Shown here in pieces: positions 39,187 through 51,889 of a DNA stretch of 64,000 nt. The notes beneath the pieces were generated by a model. That model ran no database searches and was not told the DNA's origin. It saw only the letters and a list, made by a program, of their open reading frames with translations. The position numbers and the translations under genes are program-made. The stretch comes from Vitrella brassicaformis CCMP3155 (lineage: Eukaryota; Protista; Chromerida): positions 1 to 64,000 of the forward strand of contig CDMY01000342.1 of assembly GCA_001179505.1 (NCBI GenBank), given 5' to 3'. Positions within the stretch are counted from its first letter, which is position 1; the number at the start of each line of letters is the position of its first letter.

Positions 39187-41587
39187 TCATTTTTTCTTCT
39201 TCTTCTCGTCCTGTTTTGGCTTGCTGCTTGCTTGTTTCTTCTTCTCGTCCTGTTTCTTCTTCTCGTCCTCTTTCTTCTTATCGTCCTCTTTCTTCTTCGC
39301 ATCCTGGTTTGGTTTGTTGGGATTCGTCTTGGTCGCTGGGGATTTCTTTGTGGTCGATGGGGGCTTCTTTAGCTTCTCCTTGCTGCTCTTGTCCTCCTTT
39401 GGCTTCTCCTTGCTGCTCTTGTCCCCCTTTGGCTTCTCCTTGCTGCTCTTGTCCTCCTTTGGCTTCTCCTTGCTGCTCTTGTCGTCCTTTGGCTGCTTCT
39501 CCTTGCTGCTCTTGTCGTCCTTTGGCTGCTTCTCCTTGCTGCTCTTGTCCTCCTTTGGCTGCTTCTCCTTGCTGCTCTTGTCCTCCTTTGGCTGCTTCTC
39601 CTTGCTGCTCTTGTCGTCCTTTGGCTGCTTCTCCTTGCTGCTCTTGTCCTCCTTTGGCGTCTCCTTATCCTTGTCCTGCTTTGCCTTCTCTTGTTGACGT
39701 TCTTGTTTAGCCTCAGCAGCCTTAGCGTCTCTTTCTGCCTTCTTCGTTTCTGATAGACATGACGGAATCGAGATATCTATAGATAGACAGACAGGCATAT
39801 GGTACCTTTTTCCTCTTGTTTCAGCCGCTGCTCCTCCTCTCGTTTGTCTCGTTTTTCTTTTTCACGGGCGTCTCTATCCTCCTTTTTCTCTTCTTGGCGT
39901 TGTTGTTTAGCCTCAGCAGCCGCGTGTTCCTTGACGTCTTTTTCTGCCTTCTTCCTTTCTGATAGACATGACGGAATCGAGATATCTATAGATAGACAGA
40001 CAGGCATATGGTACCTATTTCCTCTTGTTTCAGCCGCTGCTCCTCCTCTCGTTTGTCTCGTTTTTCTTTTTCACGAGCGTCTCTTTCCTCCTTTTTCTCT
40101 TCTTGGCGTTGTTGTTTAGCATCAGCAGCCGCCTGTTCCTGAACCGCTCTTTCTGCCTTCTTCCTTTCTGATAGACATGACGGAATCGAGATATTTATGG
40201 ATAGACCGACAGGCATATGGTACCTTTTTCCTCTTGTTTCAGCCGCTGCTCCTCGTGCTTGCTATGCTGTTCGTCGGCGTCTTCTGGCTGCTTCTCAGTG
40301 ACATCTGTTGTTGGCTGCTCCTCGGGAGGGGTCTCTTCTGCTTCAGGCTTGGGGGTCTCATCCGCTTCATACTGCTCTTCCGCTTTAGGCTGCTGCTCCT
40401 CGGTGGATGACTTAGGGACCTCTTCTGCTTCAGGCTGCTCCTCGTGCTTGCTATGCTGTTCGTCGGCGTCTTCTGGCTGCTTCTCAGTGACATCTGTTGT
40501 TGGCTGCTCCTTGGGAGGGGTCTCTTCTGCTTCAGGCTTGAGGGTCTCATCCGCTTCATACTGCTCCTCCGCTTTAGGCTGCTGCTCCTCGGTGGATGAC
40601 TTAGAGACCTCTCCTGCTTCAGGCTGCTCTTCGTGGGATGGCTCGGAAATATTTCTCGCTTCAGACTGCTGCTGTTCGGGAGGTGGCTCTGGGGTCTCTT
40701 CTGCTGCGGGTTGCTGTTGTGTGGAGGGCGCTTCGTTGTCAGGCTCTGGCTCGAGTTTGCCGCTGCTGACATCCCCTTGAATCCCTTCGAGTTCTCCCGC
40801 GACCTTCTGGCCTTTGTCGGACGGCGTCTCGGAGCAGTCCAAATCACTGCCTTTCAGCACGATGGGCTCCTCGCCAAGATTAAGCCGCTGTTTCAGGCGT
40901 TGTATCAAAGCTTTTCGAGCCCGCTGAAATTTGAGCACCTTCAGGTATTTGTGGAGTTCTGGGGGGATGCATTTCTTGATGAACGAAGGGACGGGCCAGA
41001 GAGATTCCTCGGTCAGCTCGAAAGTCTCCGGCACTGGCGCTTCAACCTCTTCTATCTCTGTCGCCATCCCGGTCGTCTCAGCAGGTTTCCCGGTCTCTTC
41101 TGGGTCTGCATGCACACACGTCCACCCAGCGAACCCACGCGTAGAGGCGAGGAGAGGCAGTTCACTTGAGTGGCCGCCATCTCACCGTCGTAGTCCATCA
41201 TTTTGCCATGGATAAGAGAGATTGCTGTCTCTCTTCGACCCACTGCAAAACAAAGATGATTGCATGTTACAGCGTTACAGCGCACCTTCGTCGGATGTGC
41301 CGTTGCTGTGTACGCTCACATGATGGCAGAAGCGTGATGCCCTCCCTTCTTCTCCTCCCCCTCATGAAGCGTCGCACGAGATGAGGGCTGCTCTCGTGGA
41401 CTTGAAGGCACATGGATGCCGTGATGCGGCTGTGGGCAGCAGTCCTGTTGTTGCTGCTGGTGGTTCTGTTGCTGCTGCTGATGATCGTCCCGGCGTAGCG
41501 CCTCCGCAGTGCAATGATGGCTTCTGAGGCCATAGTCAAAGCAACGGCAAGAAGGACAGTCACTCCGAGCGGAAGGACCGCGGGCAT
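39187..41587 (-). CDS. Repetitive E/K-rich protein, possibly secreted (5' exon structure unresolved)
   Basis: Open exon 40224-41110 with a 60-aa duplication; 209-bp exon+intron repeats; terminal exon of 24/27-bp KE(KQ/K)PK(E/D/G)DKSS repeats; hydrophobic MPAVLPLGVTVLLAVALTMASEA at 41587 may be its signal peptide. Confidence 0.6.
39365..39670 (-). repeat. Coding minisatellite, 24/27-bp units
   Basis: About ten units of CTTCTCCTTGCTGCTCTTGTC(C/G)TCCTTTGG with or without an extra CTG. Confidence 0.9.
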
Positions 41588-42045
41588 TGATCAGGCAAGC
41601 GAGCAAGTGCTTAGCTCAGCGCACAGGGATAGCATTGAACAGCGGTGAACCCCGGGCTCGATGGGGGCAATAGGCGCGGCATTTGAGACGCGCGTTGAGA
41701 CGAGGAATCCATATCGGTGGTCGAGCAATGGAATCGAGAAGGCATGGGCATTGAGGAGAGCCACACATGGAGCAGTTCACACAACTGAAGCCTTGTTTCG
41801 GACCAGAGCGTTTGAAGGGGAGGACCGAAATAGCTGGCAATAAACGGACAGCGTCCACGACCCTCCAACACCTCTGCTGAACCGAAGGAGCTCAAACGCT
41901 CAATCTGGACACCCTCTTCTTTCTTTCTCAAAAAACGGCTGCTCTACGGCAATGGCCGAACCTCCGTAACCCACTCCCGACAGACCCCCTCCTGAGGTTT
42001 TCCTCTCATCCCTCCCCCCTGCCCCTCCCCTCGTCTGCAGTCACC

Positions 42046-43866
42046 ATGTCGGACAGTGACGTGTCGACAGAGTGTGGCACCTTCGGGTCCTTCTCGTCGT
42101 CGACCTGCACCACGCCCACCACCCCGGTAGCCACAGAGAGCGAGCCGTCGCCCCGGGCCGACTCGCCGTCACTCGCGCCTTCTGTCGACGGCTCATGTGG
42201 CGGGGACGGGTGAGCGGGAAGAGCAGGGAAGGAGAACAGGGCGGGAGGGAGGCTGACTTGTTGGTTGTTTGTTTGTGTGCGTGTGTCTGCAGGGCCCAGA
42301 TAGCTGCGAAAAGGAGCGGCACGTGAGCAGGGGAGAGAGGGAGGGAGGGAGGGAGGGAGGTGCTTTGAGCTATCTCTGTGTGCGTTGTCTGTCTGTGTGT
42401 GTGTTTGTGTGGTCGCCTGCAGCAAGGAGGACTTCAAGGTCAAGTATAAGACCGAGGTGAGTGAGCCAATGACATAGGCGGCAGGGAGGAAGTGAGTGAG
42501 GGCGCAAACACTTCCTGTTCTCCGCTGTTTGCCTCTGCAGCTGTGTCGGAACTGGCTGGACTACGGTCGCTGCATCCACGAGGACAAGGCAAGATCTGTT
42601 GACGAATGGCCCACCCACACTACACCACGCCACACCACACCATGCGCACCATACATACTCTGTGTGTGTGTTGCTGTGTGTGTCCGTCCGTCTTTGATGA
42701 ACAGTGCACGTTTGCGCACGGTGAGGATGAGTTGCGGGCCAAGGTGCACGTGGGCCGCAAGTACAAGACCAAGAAGTGCAAGCAGTTCCACACCAATGGG
42801 TGGTGCCCATACGGCGCACGATGCCTCTTCATCCACAGGGAGTAAGCTAAGCAGCCCATGGCAACCCATACGCACCGCACCAGGCCATCCGTCGACTCGA
42901 CCTGTGTGGTGTGTGTTGTGTTGTTGTCCACACCCAGGCATGGTGGCGAGTTGGTGCGTCTGCCGCTCAGTTGGCTGGTCACCCTGCACCCTGACACCGT
43001 CGGCAAGCTGCACCACACACGGTCGGCACTCACACAGACCAGACAGGCACAAGTGGCCACAACCGGCAGGCACTGTGGACATCTCTCTATCGCTCAGGTC
43101 CGGTACGCCGCTGTCGGAGCTGTTATCCCAGGACCTGCCCAAGTGGGAGGAGCAAGACGCACGCACCACCCCGCCGCCCCCGCCCTCATCCGCCATGACC
43201 GACGCGATGCGGCCCGCCAACACCCCTGCCAACGGCAGCAGCGCCGGAGGCGGCTGCGGCTCTGGGGGTGGGGGGGCAGCCCCCTCACCCACACGGTCGG
43301 AGGGCGGGTCTTCACGCGCCAAGGCAAGGGCTATTGACAGGGATGCCACGCCGCCTGGTGAGTGAGTTATGGCAGTGACGCTCACTCTAGCAGAGGGAGT
43401 TTCATTCCTCTGTGTGGCCTGTGGTGTCTTTTTTTCAGCGTTTTCCTCCGTGGCTGTGCCGTCATCCTCGTCGACGACGCCGTCAGCGGGTGTGCCGACC
43501 CCCACAGCAGCAGCGGACCTGCTCAAGCTCTTCCCAGCCCCCCCCCCCCCCCCCCCCCCGCCTCCCCCACCCGACCATTCCCTGGCCAGGCAGTCTGGCG
43601 GCTCCCTTTGTGCATCGGTATCGGCGTCAGCAGCCTGCCCCCTGGCTTTGTCGATTCTCGTGCCCACCCAGGTGCACCAGCAGCAGCTGCAGTACCCCCC
43701 ACCTCCCCCGCCCCCGCCGCCGTCGTCGCCGCCCACATGTGCTGCGGCCGCTGCTGCCGCTGCTGCCGGTGTTGGTGGGTCTGGGTCTCCTGTGCATCTG
43801 GTGTCGTCGTCTCCGTTTGAGTTTTCCATGCCGATGCCGCTCGTGTTGGGCACTGGACGGGGGTGA
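42046..43866 (+). CDS. Tandem CCCH zinc-finger RNA-binding protein (TTP/TIS11-like)
   Basis: KYKTE-LCRNWLDYGRCIHEDK-CTFAHGEDELRAKVHVGRKYKTKKCKQFHTNGWCPYGARCLFIH gives two C-x8-C-x5-C-x3-H fingers with KYKT leaders. Confidence 0.9.
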
Positions 43867-46800
43867 CGTGACTGACATAGCTTGCTTACTGACATATGTG
43901 AGGCGGACATGATCCATTCGATTGATGCGTACGTATCGTACGTTGGGCAGCGTATCTTATCGTATGTGTACAGGAAACATAGTCAGTCAAGGAAGGCAAG
44001 GCGCGGATCCTGGCATCGATCGCATCCTGGCTGATCAGATGAGCCAAGCCAAGCCAAGCCAGGGGTGCTGTGCTGTGCTGTGCGGTGGGTGGGTTGGTGT
44101 GAGTGGGTGGGAGTGGTTGAGAGGGGGGGCGGTGTCGTGTCTACCCATGGATCGGATCGATGCACTTTTGTACACCTGCCTGTCTGTCTGGCTTTCTGTC
44201 TGGCTGCTTGACTGTCTGTCTGTCTGTCTGTGGCCGCCCTTTTTGGTGTTGGCAATGAATCTGTGAGATGTCGCACGCCCCTCAGTCGTCAACAAGAGGA
44301 TGCGATCGATGCATACATACCAGGCTCGTTTCTTACTTTGCTTTCCATTCCTTCTCATCCCTCTCTGCCTGTCTGTCTGCCTGTCTGCCTGCGTACGTAT
44401 CCTTCTCGAAAGCGAGGAGGTTTTGCTTGTTTGCGGTATGTATCCATGTGTGTCTATCTATGAGTGCGTGTAAGTGCGTGTACGTCATGTGTGTGTGTGT
44501 GTGTGTGTGTGTGCTTGTTTGTCCATGCCTGTGGATGCCTGAATGAATGACCTCTATCTAACTTAACGAACGCAACACCGTGGCCACTACTAGCTAGCTG
44601 GGGGACAGAGAAAGGCGAACAGCGACGACGGCCCCCCAAAAGCGGGGGGACGCTTTGTGAGTGAGTGAGCGGGATGGACGGGCGGGCGGACGGGCGGGCT
44701 CCGCCATGGATGGATGGATCGATCGATCCGATTGGTGCGAATGAATTGGTGGCGTACGTGTACATGTATGTCTGTCTGTCTACGTGTGAGTGCGTGTGGT
44801 AGATAGTGAGTGCATGGGCTAGGCGTAATGACTGACGGGGCACTTCAGGACATCGGGGCTGCTCGCTCTGGTGTGTTGGCTTCGGTCGACCCTCGCCGAA
44901 CCCCGGATGGCCACAAATTGGGGCCATCTGTCGCGGCCGAGCGAGACGGAGCGCCCCGACTGTCGTGAGTGGCTTGTCTGTAAGCGGGGGAAGCATCGCA
45001 TGGCATCGCATGAGCGTGTTTGTGTACAGGGTGGGTAGTGAGTGGCACGGTTTTCTTTGTTGCGCCACTCTTTGTGGGCGAAGCGCGGCGCTTTGGGTCT
45101 GTGTGTCTGTGCGCATGTCTGGACGAGGAAAGAGGAAGGGCCGCATCGCATCGCACTCATGTTCATCGCATCATCGCATCATCGCATTATATATCGCAGG
45201 AGCTCTCAATGGCTATGGCCATAGCCAACGCACGTACGTACGTCACTGACTGTGTTTTATTTATCTGTGTTTCTGCCCGTCTGCCTGTCTGCCTGTCTGC
45301 CTGTCTGCCTGTCTGTGTGAGCGGCTGGTGTGTGTGTACGTGCTCTTGACGTGTCGTGTTGATATAAACGAACCGAAGGGAGGGAGGGAGGGAGGGGGCT
45401 ACGGGGGTAAGGGGGTAGGGGGAGGGGGAGGGGTATGGGATGTTCGTTCGCCTGTTCGTTTGTCGACTCGCTTATCCGCACCGACCAATTCGATTGCCTG
45501 CCTGCCTGCCTGCCTGCCTGTCTCTTTGTGTGTCTGTCTGTCTCCTCCCTGCGTACGTGCGTGCCTTTGTTTGGTGGTCGGTCATGTGTGCAGGCAGACA
45601 CTCGTACACACAAGCATACAAACAAACACCCAATTCGCTCTTTCTTTCTCTGTCTCTATCACTTTCTCTCTTGCCTCGCGACCTTCAGTCTGTGTGTGAG
45701 TCGGGTCGCCTCACCCCAAAAGCAGGGGTGGGGTGGCTCGGTTCGCACGGTTGCACACACAACACACATACACAGGTTGGTTTCTCGTCTCGTCTTCCTG
45801 TCTAAACACACATACACACACACGCACACGAACCGTGTATGAGCCTACGCATCTGCCTACACCAATCAGTCCATGTCGTTGTCTGATGTCGTCTGCCTTC
45901 TTATCTGTCTGCCATGCGTGGCGGCTGGCTGGCTGGCTGGCTGACTGTTTGTGTCCGGGCTGTCGGTCTCTCTCTCTCTCTCTCCGTCTGTGCGTCCGTG
46001 TGGTGTGGTTATTGTAGTGGTCGATGATGCATGCTTTCGTGTGTGTGCGTCTTTATGCATGGCCACCCCCACTCAGCCCACGGGCACCACATCATGGATA
46101 TAGTGCTGTGTACAGCCTTGCTTCCTTGCTCTCTCTGCTCGTCCCTCCCTCCCTCCCATGATGTGGTGACCGTCCCACCCATACACACCTGCACCGCACC
46201 CGCCAGCCATCCCATCCCTCCCACATGTGCCTGCCTGCCTGCCTGCCTGCATGTGTGTGTGTGGGGGGGGGGGGTGGATGGGGCTAGCGGATATATAACA
46301 CACCGACACACACGAACATCTGACTGACAGAGGACACGCCAACGCTTTATCAGTATTTATTATACATTTGATTGAATATGCCTGCAAGCGCCTGCCTGCT
46401 CATAATGTATGTCATGACGTCACGTCCGTGTGTCAAACGTTTGTGTGCGACCGAGCGATTCGTTCGTGTCATGTCATCCATCGTGTAGAGTATATCCATG
46501 TCGTGCGTGTGTGTGTTGTGAGAGGTCGACTGCGATCGACTGGTGGATGGATGGATCGATGGCTGGCGGACAGCTGCTTTATTTATCTCATCCGTGCCAT
46601 GTCCCTGCCTGCCTGCCTGCTTGCCTGCCTGCCATTTGCGTGAGTGAGGTGGAGGGATGGGGGGGGGGGGGGGNNNNNNNNNNNNNNNNNNNNNNNNNNN
46701 NNNNNNNNNNNNNNNNNNNNNNNNNNNNNNNNNNNNNNNNNNNNNNNNNNNNNNNNNNNNNNNNNNNNNNNNNNNNNNNNNNNNNNNNNNNNNNNNNNNN

Positions 46801-49230
46801 NNNNNNNNNNNNNNNNNNNNNNNNNNNNNNNNNNNNNNNNNNNNNNNNNNNNNNNNNNNNNNNNNNNNNNNNNNNNNNNNNNNNNNNNNNNNNNNNNNNN
46901 NNNNNNNNNNNNNNNNNNNNNNNNNNNNNNNNNNNNNNNNNNNNNNNNNNNNNNNNNNNNNNNNNNNNNNNNNGAGACGACTACGTGTGTGCGTGCAATT
47001 GAGGGGGGCTGCGTGTGCATGCCATGCCATGGATGTGCCTTCCAGGCAAACAGACAACCAGATTGACCGACAGACGGACAGAGGGACAGAACTTTTTCTG
47101 GATTGCTGTCTGCACACGATACATACATGCTCTCACCGTATCTATATACCGTTGGGTATGTAATTTGCTGGCTGGTTGGAGGGGTGGATGCAGTGTGTGT
47201 GCGCACCGCATCGCATCGCATCGACTGGTGTTTTTTGTAATTCAGACACCGGTCGGCCGATGGATGGATCCGTCCTGGCAAGTGAGCTGAGCGTGGCGTA
47301 ATTGCATTCACTGTGTCTGTGTTGTTGCGTGTTGTGTGCATGTCGCTCTGTATGTATATATAATATCTATACACATTCATGTCTTGTCTGTTTGTTTGTT
47401 GAGGGAGGCAGATCAGTCAGTCAGTCGAGGAGTCCCGCCTGTCATGTCCTGTCTGCCCGCTTGTTTGGCTGGAGTGTCGGCTGGCTGGCTGGCTGGTTGG
47501 TTGGCTGGTTTTGCGTTGTTCCTTCCTTCAAGTTGTCATATTTATATCTATCATACGTACATATCCATCAATGGATCGATTCATGTCGTGCGTGTCTGAC
47601 ATGTCTCATCTAGCCAGCCGGCAAACCAAAGCCCTTCTTGCTTCCTGCCTTCCCTCCCTCCCTCCCGTGGCACATGCACCGCTCCGCTGACAAACAGCCA
47701 GGCTGTGTGTGTGAATGCACTGCATGGAACGTCCCTGCCTGCATCATGCATCGTGCCATGCATGGCATGACCGATGTTCGTGTACGTATGCGCGACCGTC
47801 ACGCTACCTGCTGTGTCTCCGTGGTGACTGCCTGTACATACCACACAGACAAATGGCCGGTGATGCATGGGATGGACGGTGTTACCTACATAGATTTGTA
47901 ATCCCTCAACAAAAAGGTGTGCGTGTCTGCGCGTGCGAATGGCATAGGTGTAGTGCTGGTGGTGGTTGGTTGCAGTAGAAGTGGTTGTTGTGCTCATTGA
48001 GGCAAGCTGGCGTGGGTCCAACTGCTGGAACTGGCGAAGAAACGCATCGAGCTGCTGCCTCTGTCGCTGATGCTCCTCCCACTTCTCCTCGTAGCGTGAC
48101 AAAGGCTGTCCACTGGGCGGGGGGTCGAAAAGGCACCACGGACGGCCGGATGGTCGGGGTTGCGGCTGTGTTCTGTTGTGTGTTGCCGTGACGTCCTCAC
48201 CGGGCCGAATGCAGCTTCGACGTCGCCACGACGAGCCTTGCCTCTCGTCCCAGACGTGGTGCCGTATCGATCTGTGTACTGAAGCGTCATTATTTTGCAT
48301 CCTTTGTCGGTCACGCATGAGTCTCATCATCCATTCATTCGACGTACTGTACGTGTCTTTCCACACACACCAACCAAATCGACACACTCTGTACGTAGCT
48401 AGCTAGGCGCACACACATATATACACACAAGACGAAAAGGCCAAGCACTCAAAGCGATGCTTGTGCCATGAACAGACAGACAGGCAGGCAGACAGAGACA
48501 GACACAGAGGCAGACACAGAGGCAGAGAGGGAGAGAGGGAGAGAGGCACACACACACGGCTAGAGAGGCACACACACACGACTAACTCATGCACGGCAGG
48601 CATGACATACAGCTTCTCGAACAGCACATACACATGATGTACAGAGCCGACAGACGTATGGCAAAGAAGCACGCACACGCACACACGAGTGAGTGAGTGA
48701 GTGCTCCCACGTACGGCTCACTCTTGACTCACACGACCGACCATGCATCGCTCGCGTACACAAACAACGCCTCGCTTAGCGCCCACACCACCCCACACCC
48801 ACGTCGCCACGCACGCACGCACGCCCGCAAGCATCGACTAATCGAGTGTCCTCGATCGATCTGGCTCCTGTCCTGTCTGCCTCACGGCTGACGGACACCG
48901 TTGACAAAAGGCGGGCGATGGAATGTGTGTGTGTGTGTGTGTGTGCTCAGTGAGTGCCGCACACACAGTCCACACACTCAATAATCTACACACTAGGGTA
49001 AGTACTTACACGAACAATTACTCACCCACCTACACATGCACACATCTGACTGACGGACTGACTGACTGCCTGGCTGGCTGGCTGGCTGAGTGATTCATAT
49101 CAACACGGCACTCACTCACGGCCAGCGCAGCATGCAGCGCACGCACGCACGACATGCAGACAGACAGATCTGCCCAGCACAGCCCAGCCCTGTCTGTCCC
49201 CGGCCCCTCTGTCTGTCCCTCCTTCGTCAA

Positions 49231-50046
49231 TCAACAGGGACCGCCGCAAAGCTTGTCGGCATGTTTGTCAAGCTTGTCGGCACCCTTGTCAAGAAAACCC
49301 GACAAATTGTAGGCCCCAGAATTCCAGGCAACATTGGCCATGTCCCGTTTGACCTTTCCAACGAACCGTTTGGCCTTTCCAACGGCCCGTTTGGCCTTTC
49401 CAAAGAGAAAGTCAATAATAAGTCTCCTCCGATCGGCGGCGGCGGCGTCGGGTCCAGATGACGCGCTGATACGCTCCTTGCGGAGTCTGTCGACGGTCAT
49501 GCGGCTGCGGTCGTCGGTCCGGATGGCCGTGAGGGCCGACTCAAGGTCCACAGGCGCCCCGCCTATCAGCTCGCGGAACTCAGAAGCTGTCTTGACCTCT
49601 GGCTCAACGACTGCAGTCAGTCGTTAACACACAACAGACATCCACTCACAGGTTGTGTGTGCGTCAGGAGGAACAGGCAGCACACATACCTGGTGCCTCA
49701 GCTGTCGACGACTGCTCCGTCTTGTCGTCTGCTGTTTCCACCGCCGTACGCACAACAGTCTCAGGCAGGACACCTGCACACACATAATATACACACACAG
49801 GAAGTATGTATTGCCAGCCTGAGTGCGAGAGTGCAGACGTGTGGATGACTGACTGAGTGAGTGAGTGGGTGTGTGCGTACCTTCAGTTGTGATTTCGTTG
49901 GCACCATCAGCTGTCCCGCCTCGCAATCGCCTCGCCAGCACAGAGGGTGCGGCACCAGCAGCAGCAGCAACAGCAGGCGGCTGTGGATCAGCCGACGCCA
50001 GAGTGATGCCGACAACACACAGCAGCACGCTAAGGACCTTCATCAT
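49231..50046 (-). CDS. Secreted prepropeptide A (209 aa), candidate cationic amphipathic peptide precursor
   Basis: Exons 50046-49881, 49773-49690 and 49610-49231 (GT-AG, total 630 nt). Signal MMKVLSVLLCVVGITLASA, acidic propiece, DRRR, then LIIDFLFGKAKRAVGKAKRFVGKVKRDMANVAWNSGAYNLSGFLDKGADKLDKHADKLCGGPC*. Confidence 0.85.
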
Positions 50047-51889
50047 CCTTGTCAGGAGCAGATGGATGGATATACGCGAGCAAGCAGACCAGCAGCAGAC
50101 CGAGAGGCAGGCACGAGTGAGTGACAGACAACAAAGAGCGGGCTGGGCAGCACTCAGTGATGCTTAAGCTGTCTGCGATAAGTGGTCGGCAGAGAGATGC
50201 TTGCAGTCGAGTAGGGATGAGGAGGATGGATGGAGGGCAGCTCAGGCTGGCAACAGTGGGTCGTTGCAAAAGACACAAGGCCACCAAGACAGTCGCACTG
50301 CAGAGAGAGAAGGGAGGGAGAGAAAAGAGAGGAGTCGCACCTCTCGCTCGCTGCCAATCAGCCTGCGATGTACCTCATCGTCCAACATGGCCGGCCGACT
50401 GTGAGTCACCGAGGGCAGGGCTGGTCTTCGAGCGGTGCGACCCGTCTGCACGCCCAACGAACCAACAGGCACCACGCCAACAGAGAACGAACAAATGCGC
50501 TGCATTCGTCATTGCATAGATCTTGTGTGTCCTCTCACCGGATCCCCTCCCCGACGACTTTCTTCCGCTTAGCTCGCAGACTTAAGACATTCCGTGAAAC
50601 CGCTCTCTCACTGGAAGGCACGACAAAAACACTCCACATCTACGATGGCTTCTGCAGGTACTTATGTACTGGTTGTGTTGCGGTGCATGGGGCTGCTTTC
50701 GTCAGGGGCGGCGTCCTTTTTTGACCCTGTGCCGCTTGCTTCGGCGACTCCCCCTCCCTCTCTCTGATCCTGGCCAAGCAGGCCTCAGTGGCCGTCGAGG
50801 AGCTCAGACGTCTGTCTGCGCGGCAGCGGGCGCTCTCACTGCTTGTCGCTTAGCCACTTGTTGCCGGCCATTTGCAGTGGACATGGCATCAGATCTGTTC
50901 TAGGGCAGTGTCTGCATCAATTGTCGTGTGGTTCTGCAGACGGATATCTATTGGCATGAATGGACCAATCAATTGACAACACATCGATTTATCGATCTAA
51001 GCGTCATTTATTTTGCATCCTTTGTCGGTCACGCGTGAGTCTCATCATCCATTCATTCGACGTACTGTACGTGTCTTTCCACACACACCAACCAAATCGA
51101 CACACTATGTACGTAGCTAGCTAGGCGCACAGACACGTATACACACAAGACGAAAAGGCCAAGCACTCAAAGCGATGCTTGTGCCACAGACAGACAGACA
51201 GACAGAGAGACAGACACAGAGGCAGAGAGGGAGAGAGGGAGAGAGGCACGACTCACTCGTGCACGGCAGGCATGACATACAGCTTCTCGGACAGCACATA
51301 CACATGATGTACAGACCCGACAGACGTATGGCAAAGAAGCACGCACACGCACACACGAGTGAGTGAGTGAGTGCTCCCACGTACGGCTCACTCATGACTC
51401 ACACGACCCCATGCATCGCTAGCGTACACAAACAACGGCTCGCTTAGCGCCCACACCACCCCACACCCACGTCGCCACGCACGCCCGCCCGCCAGCATCG
51501 ACTAATCGAGTGTTCTCGATCGATCTGGCTCCTGTCCTGTCTGCCTCACGGCTGGCGGACACCGCTGACAAAAGGCGGGCGATGGAATGTGTGTGTGTGT
51601 GTGCTCAGTGAGTGCCGCACACACAGTCCACACACTCAATAATCTACACACTAAGGTAAGTACTTACACAAACAATTACTCACTCACTTACACATGCACA
51701 CATCTGACTGCCTGGCTGGCTGGCTGGCTGGCTGGCTGAGTGATTCATATCAACACGGCACTCACTCACGGCCAGCGCAGCATGCAGCGCACGCACGACA
51801 TGCAGACAGACAGACAGACAGACAGATCTGCCCAGCCCAGCCCAGCCCAGCCCTGTCTGTCCCCGGCCCCTCTGTTTGTCCCTCCTTTG

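Noticed and set aside
39365-39670. CRISPR-like or regulatory array
   Set aside because: Units are contiguous in-frame coding repeats with no unique spacers, in a eukaryotic gene.
47906-48387. Minus-strand ORF MMRLMRDRQRMQ... next to the peptide duplication
   Set aside because: No recognisable motif or clear exon chain, and its start is interrupted in the duplicate at about 51000; insufficient support as a gene.
49234-49248. Thioredoxin active site
   Set aside because: The motif is CxxxC (CGGPC) at the extreme C-terminus with no thioredoxin fold, not WCGPC.
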